A stretch of DNA of 63,910 nucleotides from a virus (Duplodnaviria > Caudoviricetes). The stretch lies in IMG/VR virus record IMGVR_UViG_3300038548_000456, positions 1-63,910 of that record; one strand, 5' to 3'. Position 1 is the stretch's first letter. Each line of letters opens with the position of its first letter. Positions 1-7,138 of this stretch are shown in pieces. Position numbers and translations under genes: made by a program. The notes under the pieces were generated by a model. That model did no database searches. It had not been told where the DNA came from and saw only the letters and a program-made list of their open reading frames with translations.

Positions 1-127
1 GGCGTCGTTAATATCCAACTGCAGAGCGTAGATCTGTTGTGATTTGGTAGCGTTGTCAAGTAGGTGCTCGAAGTGTACGAGCTGACCATAGTCATTGCCG
101 ATGCCAACTGCCGTTTTTTTTTTTTTT
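1..127. repeat. Terminal direct repeat, copy 1 (identical to 63784-63910); probable assembly circularisation overlap
   Basis: Exact 127-nt match between the two ends, ending in a T14 tract; 127 is a common assembler k-mer. Confidence 0.9.
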
Positions 128-134
128 CGATTGA

Positions 135-332
135 TTAGTCTTCAACACATCTCTCCCATTTCTCTGCGCTGTACTTCCTATCCCTGACTGGACCGCCGAT
201 ACCGTGTCGCTTAGCTGTGACTGGGCAATTCTTGCATTTGGCAGTGTCGTACATCTCACCTCTCTTACTGATTGTTACGAGGTTGGTCTTTTCCCATTCA
301 TGTTCGCGTCTGCGATCGAGGATCTTAAGCAT
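135..332 (-). CDS. Hypothetical protein, CxxC motif
   Basis: 65-aa ORF in a run of co-oriented minus-strand small genes. Confidence 0.5.
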   Translation of the reverse strand: MLKILDRRREHEWEKTNLVTISKRGEMYDTAKCKNCPVTAKRHGIGGPVRDRKYSAEKWERCVED

Positions 333-649
333 GCCTCCATACTCACGAGCTTGTTCTGTTGGTGTTCAAGTAAGGGAGTATCCATTACAGCCTCTTGGAC
401 TATGTCAACTGGGGTTTTGATAGCACGAAGGTAATTAAGCACTGAGAGTTTGTGCTCGAGTGAGATGAACTCTTTAGGCTTTTGCACGTTGTACCCTAAC
501 GACTTAAGATGACCTTCAATCTTACGCTGGATCACATCAGCATATTCGTATGCTTTATTCATTACTATTTTCCTTATCCTATGTGTTGAATGCAGTACCA
601 AACACTGAATCCCATTTCCCGACATTCTCCCCACTGGAAGACTGACCAT
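275..649 (-). CDS. Hypothetical protein (true start probably at MNKAYE)
   Basis: ORF track; co-oriented with neighbours. Confidence 0.55.
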   Translation of the reverse strand: MVSLPVGRMSGNGIQCLVLHSTHRIRKIVMNKAYEYADVIQRKIEGHLKSLGYNVQKPKEFISLEHKLSVLNYLRAIKTPVDIVQEAVMDTPLLEHQQNKLVSMEACLRSSIADANMNGKRPTS

Positions 650-703
650 AGGATAGCGAAGGTAATTAGGAGTGCAAAACCTATAACTTTAGCATAGAAC
701 ATT

Positions 704-922
704 TTACGACTCATTACTTTCCTCCTCTGGCGGAGCCAAGAAGTTCTTTATGCATATGACCAGTCGGTCCTTACACTGCTGCGAACAGAGGTGTAAATCA
801 AACTTCATCTTGTCACCTTTAGTAGCAAACTCCTTCTCGATGGAATCAGTTAGGCGTATACACCTAGAATCTTCTACCTTAGCGTCTTTGTGACATACGT
901 CACACTCATATTTAATAGTCAT
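704..922 (-). CDS. Small Cys-rich (Zn-finger-like) protein
   Basis: CDVC...CSQQC; ATGA overlap with the upstream gene. Confidence 0.65.
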   Translation of the reverse strand: MTIKYECDVCHKDAKVEDSRCIRLTDSIEKEFATKGDKMKFDLHLCSQQCKDRLVICIKNFLAPPEEESNES

Positions 923-1236
923 CTCTTACTCCTTGCTGATTTGACGATCTTGTTCAGGACTTTGATTGGCATGGTGCGGATCCTGTCATGTACGGCTACG
1001 CAATTGTCGCACATCCTGGTGCGGATCCTGTCATGTACGGCTACGCAATTGTCGCACATCCTGGTACTGGTCATGGTTGTGGGTTTGTCACAGAACTGGC
1101 ACGGGCAAGTAGGGATGAGCTCTTCAGGAGTCGGACGAGAGGGATTCTCCGGACACTGAGACTCATGGTTAGGCTCAGTCACAGAGTAGCGCATATCTTT
1201 TCCGCACCATTTGCATGGATGTTCGTGGTTACTCAT
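919..1236 (-). CDS. Cys-rich protein with an exact 15-aa internal duplication
   Basis: CKWC, CPCQFC, (TRMCDNCVAVHDRIR)x2; coupled to neighbours. Confidence 0.65.
   Translation of the reverse strand: MSNHEHPCKWCGKDMRYSVTEPNHESQCPENPSRPTPEELIPTCPCQFCDKPTTMTSTRMCDNCVAVHDRIRTRMCDNCVAVHDRIRTMPIKVLNKIVKSARSKR
972..1065. repeat. Perfect 45-bp tandem duplication
   Basis: tggtgcggatcctgtcatgtacggctacgcaattgtcgcacatcc at 972-1016 and 1017-1061, then tggt. Confidence 0.95.
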
Positions 1237-1511
1237 GTTAACTCCCCCACTTTGAACTGTCTCTTGTCTGCCTTGTTATAAGCGTAATCCTCTGCCCACT
1301 CCCGGGCAGTAATGACTCCCTTACCTTCTTTGAATTGACGACCGCATATACGACAGCTGCCACACTCTGGGAATCCTTGATACCATGGACAGTCATCGCG
1401 CTCGCAGTCGATGTCATATGTCGAGTCTTCGAAGGTCTTGAATTCGACTGTGTACTCATCATAGCCTTCTGGAGGATCGTCACTTCCAATAGTAATCTTG
1501 AACTTAGTCAT
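1233..1511 (-). CDS. Hypothetical Cys-rich protein
   Basis: 92-aa ORF overlapping both neighbours at start/stop. Confidence 0.6.
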   Translation of the reverse strand: MTKFKITIGSDDPPEGYDEYTVEFKTFEDSTYDIDCERDDCPWYQGFPECGSCRICGRQFKEGKGVITAREWAEDYAYNKADKRQFKVGELT

Positions 1512-1855
1512 TAGTAGTGCACCCAGATGTACATGATGATGTGATGAGGTAGTTGGTACCTGCGTGCAATCTCTTTCTTGTTGTGTTCGTAGATATTGAG
1601 GTCGTCTTGTATCTTGGTCAATGTGGCCGCTGGGAGGCTATCAATGGTGTCTCTCGCTTTTGCCTGTCGTTTGACTATGAGTCGCTTTCGGGCAAGGTTT
1701 CGAAGCTCTTGACCGATCTCTTCAAGTTGTTTGTCTTTGGCGTTCATAGACCTTATTATACGTCGATGTGGCGCTTTTGTAGCCGTTGGTGTGAAAATAA
1801 AGTGAGTATAATTAACGACATAAGAGAGGATCTTTAAAAAGTGTAGCAAAATCAA
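1511..1855 (-). CDS. Hypothetical protein, possible C-terminal HTH (start probably at MNAKDK)
   Basis: KKEIARRYQL resembles an HTH; stop overlaps the next start. Confidence 0.5.
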   Translation of the reverse strand: MILLHFLKILSYVVNYTHFIFTPTATKAPHRRIIRSMNAKDKQLEEIGQELRNLARKRLIVKRQAKARDTIDSLPAATLTKIQDDLNIYEHNKKEIARRYQLPHHIIMYIWVHY

Positions 1856-2110
1856 TGACTTATGTCTGTCAGCTGCCTTCCACCCTTATTTAGAAGCTCA
1901 CTCTGACACTAGTCTGTTGATCTATAACGCTTTTTTTTCACCCTACACGACTACACAGTCTACACAGGATAAATACGAAGGTAGAGAGAGAAATGGTCGT
2001 TAATAATAACGCGCGTAAAAAAAAATATATATAGTAGATACGTAAGTCGTGTAGTCTGTTTTATTTTGTATTGGTATCAACGACTTAGGTGTACTATGGC
2101 CTCAAAATTT
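1850..2110. other. Divergent AT-rich non-coding region; candidate replication origin or packaging region
   Basis: Strand switch; ctacac x3; inverted repeat ctacacgact 1943-1952 / agtcgtgtag 2045-2054; A/T tracts; next to terS. Confidence 0.45.
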
Positions 2111-2144
2111 AAAGGTGCAGGGTAGTGCAGTGTGGGAAATGAGG

Positions 2145-2150
2145 TATAAT
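2145..2150 (+). promoter_or_regulatory. -10 box for terS, probably a leaderless transcript
   Basis: TATAAT 7 nt before the ATG at 2158; no SD. Confidence 0.5.
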
Positions 2151-2157
2151 GTGGCCT

Positions 2158-2688
2158 ATGGCCAAGAGACTTTCAAAGAGAACTAGAGCTTCAAGAAGCC
2201 GGATTATCAAGAAGAAAGACATTGGTTTGCACCTACCTAGTGCACCTGAGATTGTGAAGGCTATTGCAATGCAAGGTGTGACCGATGATGAGCTTGCATT
2301 CATGTTCGGCTTGCCACCTAAGACAATAGAAGGTTGGCGCAAGATGTATGACTCATTTGACTCGGCACTTGAGGAAGGCCGCACTGTCGCTGATCTTGAG
2401 GTAGTTGAGGCATTGCACAAAAAAGCTACTGGCTATTCCTACGAAAAGGAGTTCTCTACCAAGGAGGGTAAGGTCCGGTCATTTACACAGCATGTAGAAC
2501 CTGAAACTAATGCAATCAAATTCTGGCTGCAGAACCGCACACCTGAACAATGGAATCGCGCAGCTAAGCATCTGCAGCTAACAGGCAAGAAAGGCGAGCC
2601 TAACCTGGACGGTGTTACCCCTGAGAGTAAGCTCGAGCTAATGAGCAGTATCCTATCCCTGATACAACCAAAACCCGATGGAGCATGA
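2158..2688 (+). CDS. terS: Terminase small subunit
   Basis: HTH (GVTDDELAFMFG..KTIEGW), EVVEALHKKATGY and AIKFWLQNR..W pattern typical of phage TerS. Confidence 0.8.
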   Translation: MAKRLSKRTRASRSRIIKKKDIGLHLPSAPEIVKAIAMQGVTDDELAFMFGLPPKTIEGWRKMYDSFDSALEEGRTVADLEVVEALHKKATGYSYEKEFSTKEGKVRSFTQHVEPETNAIKFWLQNRTPEQWNRAAKHLQLTGKKGEPNLDGVTPESKLELMSSILSLIQPKPDGA

Positions 2689-2915
2689 GAATGAGCGCAA
2701 CAGCAAGAGAAGTTATATCTCAAGATGAGGGTGACAGAGAACATGTCCTCGCTTGTCAGTACGCAGACGGGAGAAGAGAGGCTGCCAGAGATGGGTGTAT
2801 TGCGAATAACATGAAGCATCGCACTGAGAAAGAAGAGGCTGCCCGGTTCTTGCACCACTATGAAGGTTTTCGTGATGGGCGAGAATCTGATGGCAAGTCG
2901 TTTAGGAAATACTGA
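2685..2915 (+). CDS. Hypothetical protein
   Basis: ORF coupled to the terS stop, GGAG SD. Confidence 0.55.
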   Translation: MRMSATAREVISQDEGDREHVLACQYADGRREAARDGCIANNMKHRTEKEEAARFLHHYEGFRDGRESDGKSFRKY

Positions 2916-3076
2916 TGACTGAGAACCTAAGAGTTAGAGACATGAAAGATGCAGATGACGTTATGCGTCGGATAACTGCGTTAGAGAAGGAAGCAGTGAA
3001 GAATCCAAAGAAGAAGCATATCCTTCATAGGGCATGGGATGATGCTGTTCAATCTAATGGTCCTATCAAAACCTGA
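2915..3076 (+). CDS. Hypothetical 53-aa protein (MTENLRVRD...GPIKT)
   Basis: Translated by hand; TGATG coupling; below the ORF-track cutoff. Confidence 0.55.
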   Translation: MTENLRVRDMKDADDVMRRITALEKEAVKNPKKKHILHRAWDDAVQSNGPIKT

Positions 3077-3088
3077 TGGAGCATAACA

Positions 3089-3307
3089 ATGAACGGCATC
3101 ACTGAATCTATCGAGGATGAGCCGGGTCGTTGGTTCGAGTCATTAGATGAAGCTCCACCTAATACTGAATGTCATAATTGTCACGACCCAGCTGAGTTGA
3201 TGGATGAAGAGAAACAACTCTGGTGTGCACCCTGTGCTGGTGAAGTTGACTGGGAGATGAAACTCTCCGAGGCTGAGGACGATGCTCTTATATCTCTGTG
3301 TGATTAA
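3089..3307 (+). CDS. Small Zn-finger-like protein
   Basis: CHNC...CAPC; GGAG SD. Confidence 0.65.
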   Translation: MNGITESIEDEPGRWFESLDEAPPNTECHNCHDPAELMDEEKQLWCAPCAGEVDWEMKLSEAEDDALISLCD

Positions 3308-3342
3308 ACAAGTCGACATATGTGGCTCATTGCGTATATAAT
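3303..3342 (+). promoter_or_regulatory. Repeated sigma70-like promoter, copy 1
   Basis: TCGACA 3313-3318, 18-nt spacer containing GTGGC, TATAAT 3337-3342. Confidence 0.75.
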
Positions 3343-3349
3343 CAACTTG

Positions 3350-3412
3350 GAGATGTATACTGATGATGACAGTTCATTCGGTGAGCCCCAGTCCTGAGCC
3401 GACATCTCTTTT
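3350..3412 (+). ncRNA. Candidate small structured RNA or leader
   Basis: Closing stem GAGATGT/ACATCTC then TTTT; inner ACTG/CAGT and CGGT/GCCG stems; begins at the predicted TSS. Confidence 0.4.
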
Positions 3413-3430
3413 CTTACTAGGAGCATAACA

Positions 3431-3562
3431 ATGAGATGGCACACTAAACATTATCATTACTGGATCCACTTCAAGTGGTCTGGAGATACAATTCCTTGGC
3501 TTCCTGGTGTGTGCTGGGGGTGTACTCCACGCCAAGTCCAACAAAAACCTGAGGGTGCATAA
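3431..3562 (+). CDS. Hypothetical 43-aa His/Trp-rich protein ending KPEGA
   Basis: Translated by hand; AGGAG SD. Confidence 0.5.
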   Translation: MRWHTKHYHYWIHFKWSGDTIPWLPGVCWGCTPRQVQQKPEGA

Positions 3563-3564
3563 TA

Positions 3565-3732
3565 ATGGAAGTACTAAAGAATGATCTTTCGATCCCTATC
3601 AAGTTGGTACCAGACTTCAGCGATCCCTCATGCGGGGTGATTAGCGGACCGTCGCATGTCCCCTACCTTGGGGAACAACTGGTCTTCATTAAGCTGGAGC
3701 GTGGTGTGAAGTATTCCATCCAAGCATGTTAA
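3565..3732 (+). CDS. Hypothetical 55-aa protein
   Basis: Translated by hand (MEVLKNDL...IQAC); fills the gap between neighbours. Confidence 0.45.
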   Translation: MEVLKNDLSIPIKLVPDFSDPSCGVISGPSHVPYLGEQLVFIKLERGVKYSIQAC

Positions 3733-4091
3733 GATTAATACAGCCTAGGCAGGATAAGAACGGCAAGCAGATCCTCGCTTTTGTAGGTGAGACAGACGAC
3801 GAATACTATGAGCGAGCACGTCAATGGATAGAGGAGCGAGACCGCATGGCAGCAGACGTATTCTCACGAGTGCTTGATGAGAGACCAAAGATAGTACCCT
3901 TAGCTGATGGTAACGGTGACGGCGTTGAACTAACCTGCATCAGCCACACTGAGCATGGACTGTCAGATGAGCAAATCATGAAGTTGACACAATACTGCCC
4001 ATTCTGTGGTGGGCTCTTGAGTCGTCCTATATCTAGTAGTGGTGACAATGATCAGAATCCCATTCGCTGTCATTACCGTGATGATGACTAG
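3726..4091 (+). CDS. Hypothetical protein with YCPFCG Zn-ribbon motif
   Basis: ORF track; motif. Confidence 0.6.
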   Translation: MLRLIQPRQDKNGKQILAFVGETDDEYYERARQWIEERDRMAADVFSRVLDERPKIVPLADGNGDGVELTCISHTEHGLSDEQIMKLTQYCPFCGGLLSRPISSSGDNDQNPIRCHYRDDD

Positions 4092-4305
4092 AACATATGG
4101 TACTGCTAAGGAGTTTGACTCAGAGGAGAAGATGATTGAACACATCACTGGTCATCTTCCTCAGTTCAGCAACTGCTGCTGCACATGCAACAGAACTGAC
4201 TTCCACTGGGGTGGCTGTGCAGATCAGAATGCATTGCTTGACTACCCTTACGGTAAGCATCCTATCCCCTACCCTCTTGATGCACCTCATCACAAGCGTG
4301 ATTAA
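4039..4305 (+). CDS. Hypothetical Cys/His-rich protein (start probably at MMTRT)
   Basis: Stop coincides with promoter repeat 2. Confidence 0.55.
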   Translation: MVTMIRIPFAVITVMMTRTYGTAKEFDSEEKMIEHITGHLPQFSNCCCTCNRTDFHWGGCADQNALLDYPYGKHPIPYPLDAPHHKRD

Positions 4306-4340
4306 ACAAGTCGACACATGTGGCAACTGTCGTTTATAAT
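4301..4340 (+). promoter_or_regulatory. Repeated sigma70-like promoter, copy 2
   Basis: TCGACA 4311-4316, 18-nt spacer, TATAAT 4335-4340; ATG 6 nt later (leaderless). Confidence 0.75.
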
Positions 4341-4346
4341 TACTAA

Positions 4347-5108
4347 ATGGCTAAACGTGTTCAACCTGTCGTCCTCTCCTTATGTGATTACTCGGGTAGT
4401 TGGTCTGCTCCGTTCTTGGATCATCGGATCTTACCTGTTCGAGTTGATCCCAAGCATGGAGGATTTGAATACTCCGGGCGAGGCTTGAGAAAGGGAGTCT
4501 TCGGTAATGGAGAAGTAGTTCCTATGCCAGATGGAGGGATTGGACTCGCTCTCAGCGTGGGCTCATTGCTTAAACATCTGAGAAAGAATCCAAAATTCTT
4601 GAACCAGGTCTTAGAGAAGAACCTTCGAATTTTGGGGATAATGATTGCACCTCCTTGCACTGACTTCTCTTCTAGCGGCGCAAGATGGTTCAAAGGCAAG
4701 GATGCTGACGGCAGAACTCGAGAGTCTATTAGTATCGTTCGCGAGTGCTTAGCAGTTAAGGACATTCTAGATCCAAAGTGGTGGGTGCTCGAGAATCCCC
4801 AGGGAAGAATTGCTACTACTTGCGCCCCTGAGCTGGGTGTCCCTCTGCTTCGATTTGATCCCTGTGACTATGCGGGGTTCGCTGATGATCCTGATCGAGA
4901 GGCTTACACTAAACGAACTGCTCTATATGGTGACTTCAATACAGAACTTGTTACAGATTCTCGAGAGCCGGTGTACTATTATCGAGGAGGAAAGCGTGGC
5001 TCTTGGATGTGGGCAAACCTTGGAGGCAAGAGCGAACGTACTAAAGCCTTAAGGAGTAAGACACCTCAAGGATTCTCTCGGGCATTCGCTCAAGCCCAGG
5101 CAGGATAA
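4347..5108 (+). CDS. DNA cytosine-C5 methyltransferase (compact phage type)
   Basis: Motif I LSLCDYSG, motif IV APPCTDFS, motif VI LENP, motif VIII-like TKRT. Confidence 0.8.
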   Translation: MAKRVQPVVLSLCDYSGSWSAPFLDHRILPVRVDPKHGGFEYSGRGLRKGVFGNGEVVPMPDGGIGLALSVGSLLKHLRKNPKFLNQVLEKNLRILGIMIAPPCTDFSSSGARWFKGKDADGRTRESISIVRECLAVKDILDPKWWVLENPQGRIATTCAPELGVPLLRFDPCDYAGFADDPDREAYTKRTALYGDFNTELVTDSREPVYYYRGGKRGSWMWANLGGKSERTKALRSKTPQGFSRAFAQAQAG

Positions 5109-5143
5109 ACGATTCGACACGAGTGGCAACCTCGTCGTATAAT
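5104..5143 (+). promoter_or_regulatory. Repeated sigma70-like promoter, copy 3
   Basis: TCGACA 5114-5119, 18-nt spacer with GTGGC, TATAAT 5138-5143. Confidence 0.75.
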
Positions 5144-5164
5144 TAGCTTGCGCGATCTTTGTTT

Positions 5165-5234
5165 CCTAACTAGCGGGGTAACACCATGCTTGATATACGG
5201 TACTAAAGACACCGCACCTGAAGGGACAGTTAGG
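5165..5234 (+). ncRNA. Candidate 70-nt multibranch RNA
   Basis: 7-bp closing stem CCTAACT/AGTTAGG, internal hairpins including CGGT/ACCG, followed by TTTTATTG. Confidence 0.4.
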
Positions 5235-5281
5235 TTTTATTGTTGCCGACTTCCATTCGGCACTACCCAGTTATCCTAGCT

Positions 5282-5432
5282 GCTCTCTTCTTTATTGAAA
5301 GGAGTGCGGCGTGGAAAGCAGACACGTAGTGGTAACGCTAGAGGATCGGCTTAGGTCGATAGCCGGAAGCACCATGGTCGGAGTTCCGAACTAGAGCTGG
5401 AGTAGCGACCAGCCGCTCTCTTCTTTATTGAA
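5282..5432 (+). repeat. 18-bp direct repeat flanking the tRNA-like element
   Basis: gctctcttctttattgaa at 5282-5299 and 5415-5432. Confidence 0.9.
5301..5420 (+). ncRNA. tRNA-like RNA with an expanded anticodon arm (not a canonical tRNA)
   Basis: Acceptor-like GAGTGCG/CGCTCTC, D-like CGTG-GAAAGCAGA-CACG, TAGT/ACTA stem enclosing extra hairpins, T-like GCTGG-AGTAGCGA-CCAGC. Confidence 0.55.
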
Positions 5433-5637
5433 TTGTCGTAGAGTCTGCGCAACCTCTTAGGAGTAAGCTGCGTGAATACGATGCTGTTGAGAAAGGCTTA
5501 ATATCAGCGGACTGAAGTGATGACCAGTTATAGCGTCTTAGGAAAGCCACTTGGATGAGCACATCATAATACAAGTTAGGCTTGACAGGAGGGAGAGACC
5601 CCATACTTATAACAACAACTTTCTGTAGGAGAAAGGT

Positions 5638-6096
5638 ATGAGCAACGAACAAATGATGGAAGACATCGATCGCACCATCAAGCAAGCTGCAATCGCAGGC
5701 ACTCTCACTGAAGACGCCATCGGCTACTACAACGGCCTCATCAAGCTGGCTGAAGAGCAGCGCATTGAGATCAAAGGTTATGTGGAAGACGCTAAGAAGC
5801 AGAGTGACATCATACGCCTGATCCAACAGGAACGTGACGATGCACGTAAGGTTCGTGATGTACTCCTGACTGAGAGAGATGGCATCATTGAGCGTGAGAA
5901 GTGGATCACTATTCTGGAGCAGCAGGCTAAGTGGCAAGAGGCTCGAGTTCTAGATCACAAGCATATGATGGAGACCATCTTCAAGCCTCACTCGTTCAAG
6001 GAGAGTGTCTATAAGTCTGTTCCGAAGGTCGATAGTAACGGTTATGAGACAGGACGAACAAATGAGAATGAAGACAAGACAAGGACGGAGGACTAG
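5638..6096 (+). CDS. Coiled-coil hypothetical protein
   Basis: 152-aa ORF with AGGAG SD. Confidence 0.7.
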   Translation: MSNEQMMEDIDRTIKQAAIAGTLTEDAIGYYNGLIKLAEEQRIEIKGYVEDAKKQSDIIRLIQQERDDARKVRDVLLTERDGIIEREKWITILEQQAKWQEARVLDHKHMMETIFKPHSFKESVYKSVPKVDSNGYETGRTNENEDKTRTED

Positions 6097-6098
6097 CC

Positions 6099-6281
6099 AT
6101 GAGTACTCCCATCTCTGAGTTCCATGAGACAGTGAAGGTAGCTGTTAAGAAGCTACAGATAGACAGTGGTGCATTCCTTGAATCAGTCGTCATAACCTGG
6201 GAGAAGGATGAGATCACAAGTCTTAACAGCCGCTTGGGTGCGTCCTCTACATACAATAAGGAGCCAGATGATGGCGAGTAG
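6099..6281 (+). CDS. Hypothetical protein
   Basis: GGAGG SD; operon context. Confidence 0.55.
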   Translation: MSTPISEFHETVKVAVKKLQIDSGAFLESVVITWEKDEITSLNSRLGASSTYNKEPDDGE

Positions 6282-6468
6282 TGGATACTTTATAAGAGCA
6301 AAGCGCGACGGAAAGTGGCAGTCGCTAGACTTGTGCGAGCTGACTAACGAGGAGTTTGACGAGTGGTGTGACTTCATAGAGAAGGAAGATCCGGATCCGA
6401 AGAAGGCGTTTAGATTGTGGCTAACAGTTCTACAGAAACTGATAAGAGAGGCAGAAGGGGATTCATGA
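6208..6468 (+). CDS. Hypothetical protein (start probably at MASSGY)
   Basis: ORF track; AGGAG SD before the internal ATG. Confidence 0.55.
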   Translation: MRSQVLTAAWVRPLHTIRSQMMASSGYFIRAKRDGKWQSLDLCELTNEEFDEWCDFIEKEDPDPKKAFRLWLTVLQKLIREAEGDS

Positions 6469-6632
6469 CTACCTATCTCTGGGTCTTGCATGCAATCTCC
6501 CTGCTGTGGGTAATCATCGGGTTCCTCTTTCTGATAGATACTAGCCAAGCTCGAGGTGAGACCAACCTTCTCTTAGCTCTATGGGCTATCGCAGCAGGCG
6601 TCTTCGCAATGGCAGCGGTGCTGTCGTCATGA
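6417..6632 (+). CDS. Small two-TM membrane protein
   Basis: Two hydrophobic segments after MTTYLW. Confidence 0.55.
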   Translation: MANSSTETDKRGRRGFMTTYLWVLHAISLLWVIIGFLFLIDTSQARGETNLLLALWAIAAGVFAMAAVLSS

Positions 6633-6904
6633 GTGATGCAGAGGATATCAACCGGTTCTTGCAAGCAGGATTTGCTGCGATGGGGAACAACAAGAAGCCG
6701 ATCATGTGCGCAGTCTGTGAGAAACCAGTAGAGAAGATCATAGTGCATCAGGACACAGAGTCTAACACTTATCATTACGAAGTGTGTTGCCATGGCGAGA
6801 CTGACTCGGTTTCCATTACGCGTCAGGAGATGGCTGAGATGACAGTCCCCCCGGAGCCTAGCTATGCATTCATAGGTCAGCCAAAAAGGATTGAGCATGA
6901 CTGA
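6581..6904 (+). CDS. Hypothetical protein (CAVC...CCHG)
   Basis: ORF track; coupled. Confidence 0.6.
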   Translation: MGYRSRRLRNGSGAVVMSDAEDINRFLQAGFAAMGNNKKPIMCAVCEKPVEKIIVHQDTESNTYHYEVCCHGETDSVSITRQEMAEMTVPPEPSYAFIGQPKRIEHD

Positions 6905-7100
6905 ACAGAAGTACACAGCGACAGAGCGATATGTCATGGGATGGACTGACTGGCGAGTGATGTATGGTACTCCTTCAAGGCGATGGTGGCAGTGGAAGAT
7001 CGATCCACAGATTGTCACTAACCTTGTGGGAACAATCTTCATCATGCTTCCTGTCATCGCCATTGCCTACCACGTCTGGAAGTGGATGGGATGGCTATGA
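6891..7100 (+). CDS. Small membrane protein
   Basis: C-terminal hydrophobic helix. Confidence 0.55.
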   Translation: MSMTEQKYTATERYVMGWTDWRVMYGTPSRRWWQWKIDPQIVTNLVGTIFIMLPVIAIAYHVWKWMGWL

Positions 7101-7138
7101 GTTGCCCCTGGAGTTGACGGTCTCTTATGCATTGATGG

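Noticed and set aside
3358-3400. Hammerhead ribozyme or C/D-box sRNA suggested by CTGATGA...CTGA
   Set aside because: No GAAA core for a hammerhead, and the boxes are not juxtaposed as a K-turn; kept only as an unclassified structured RNA
5301-5420. Canonical tRNA or tmRNA
   Set aside because: No TTC T-loop, no 7-nt anticodon loop and no CCA; too short for tmRNA and no tag ORF seen
3303-5432. CRISPR array from the recurring repeats
   Set aside because: The repeats are degenerate, hundreds of bases apart and promoter-shaped; the Cas4-like gene sits in a normal recombination module
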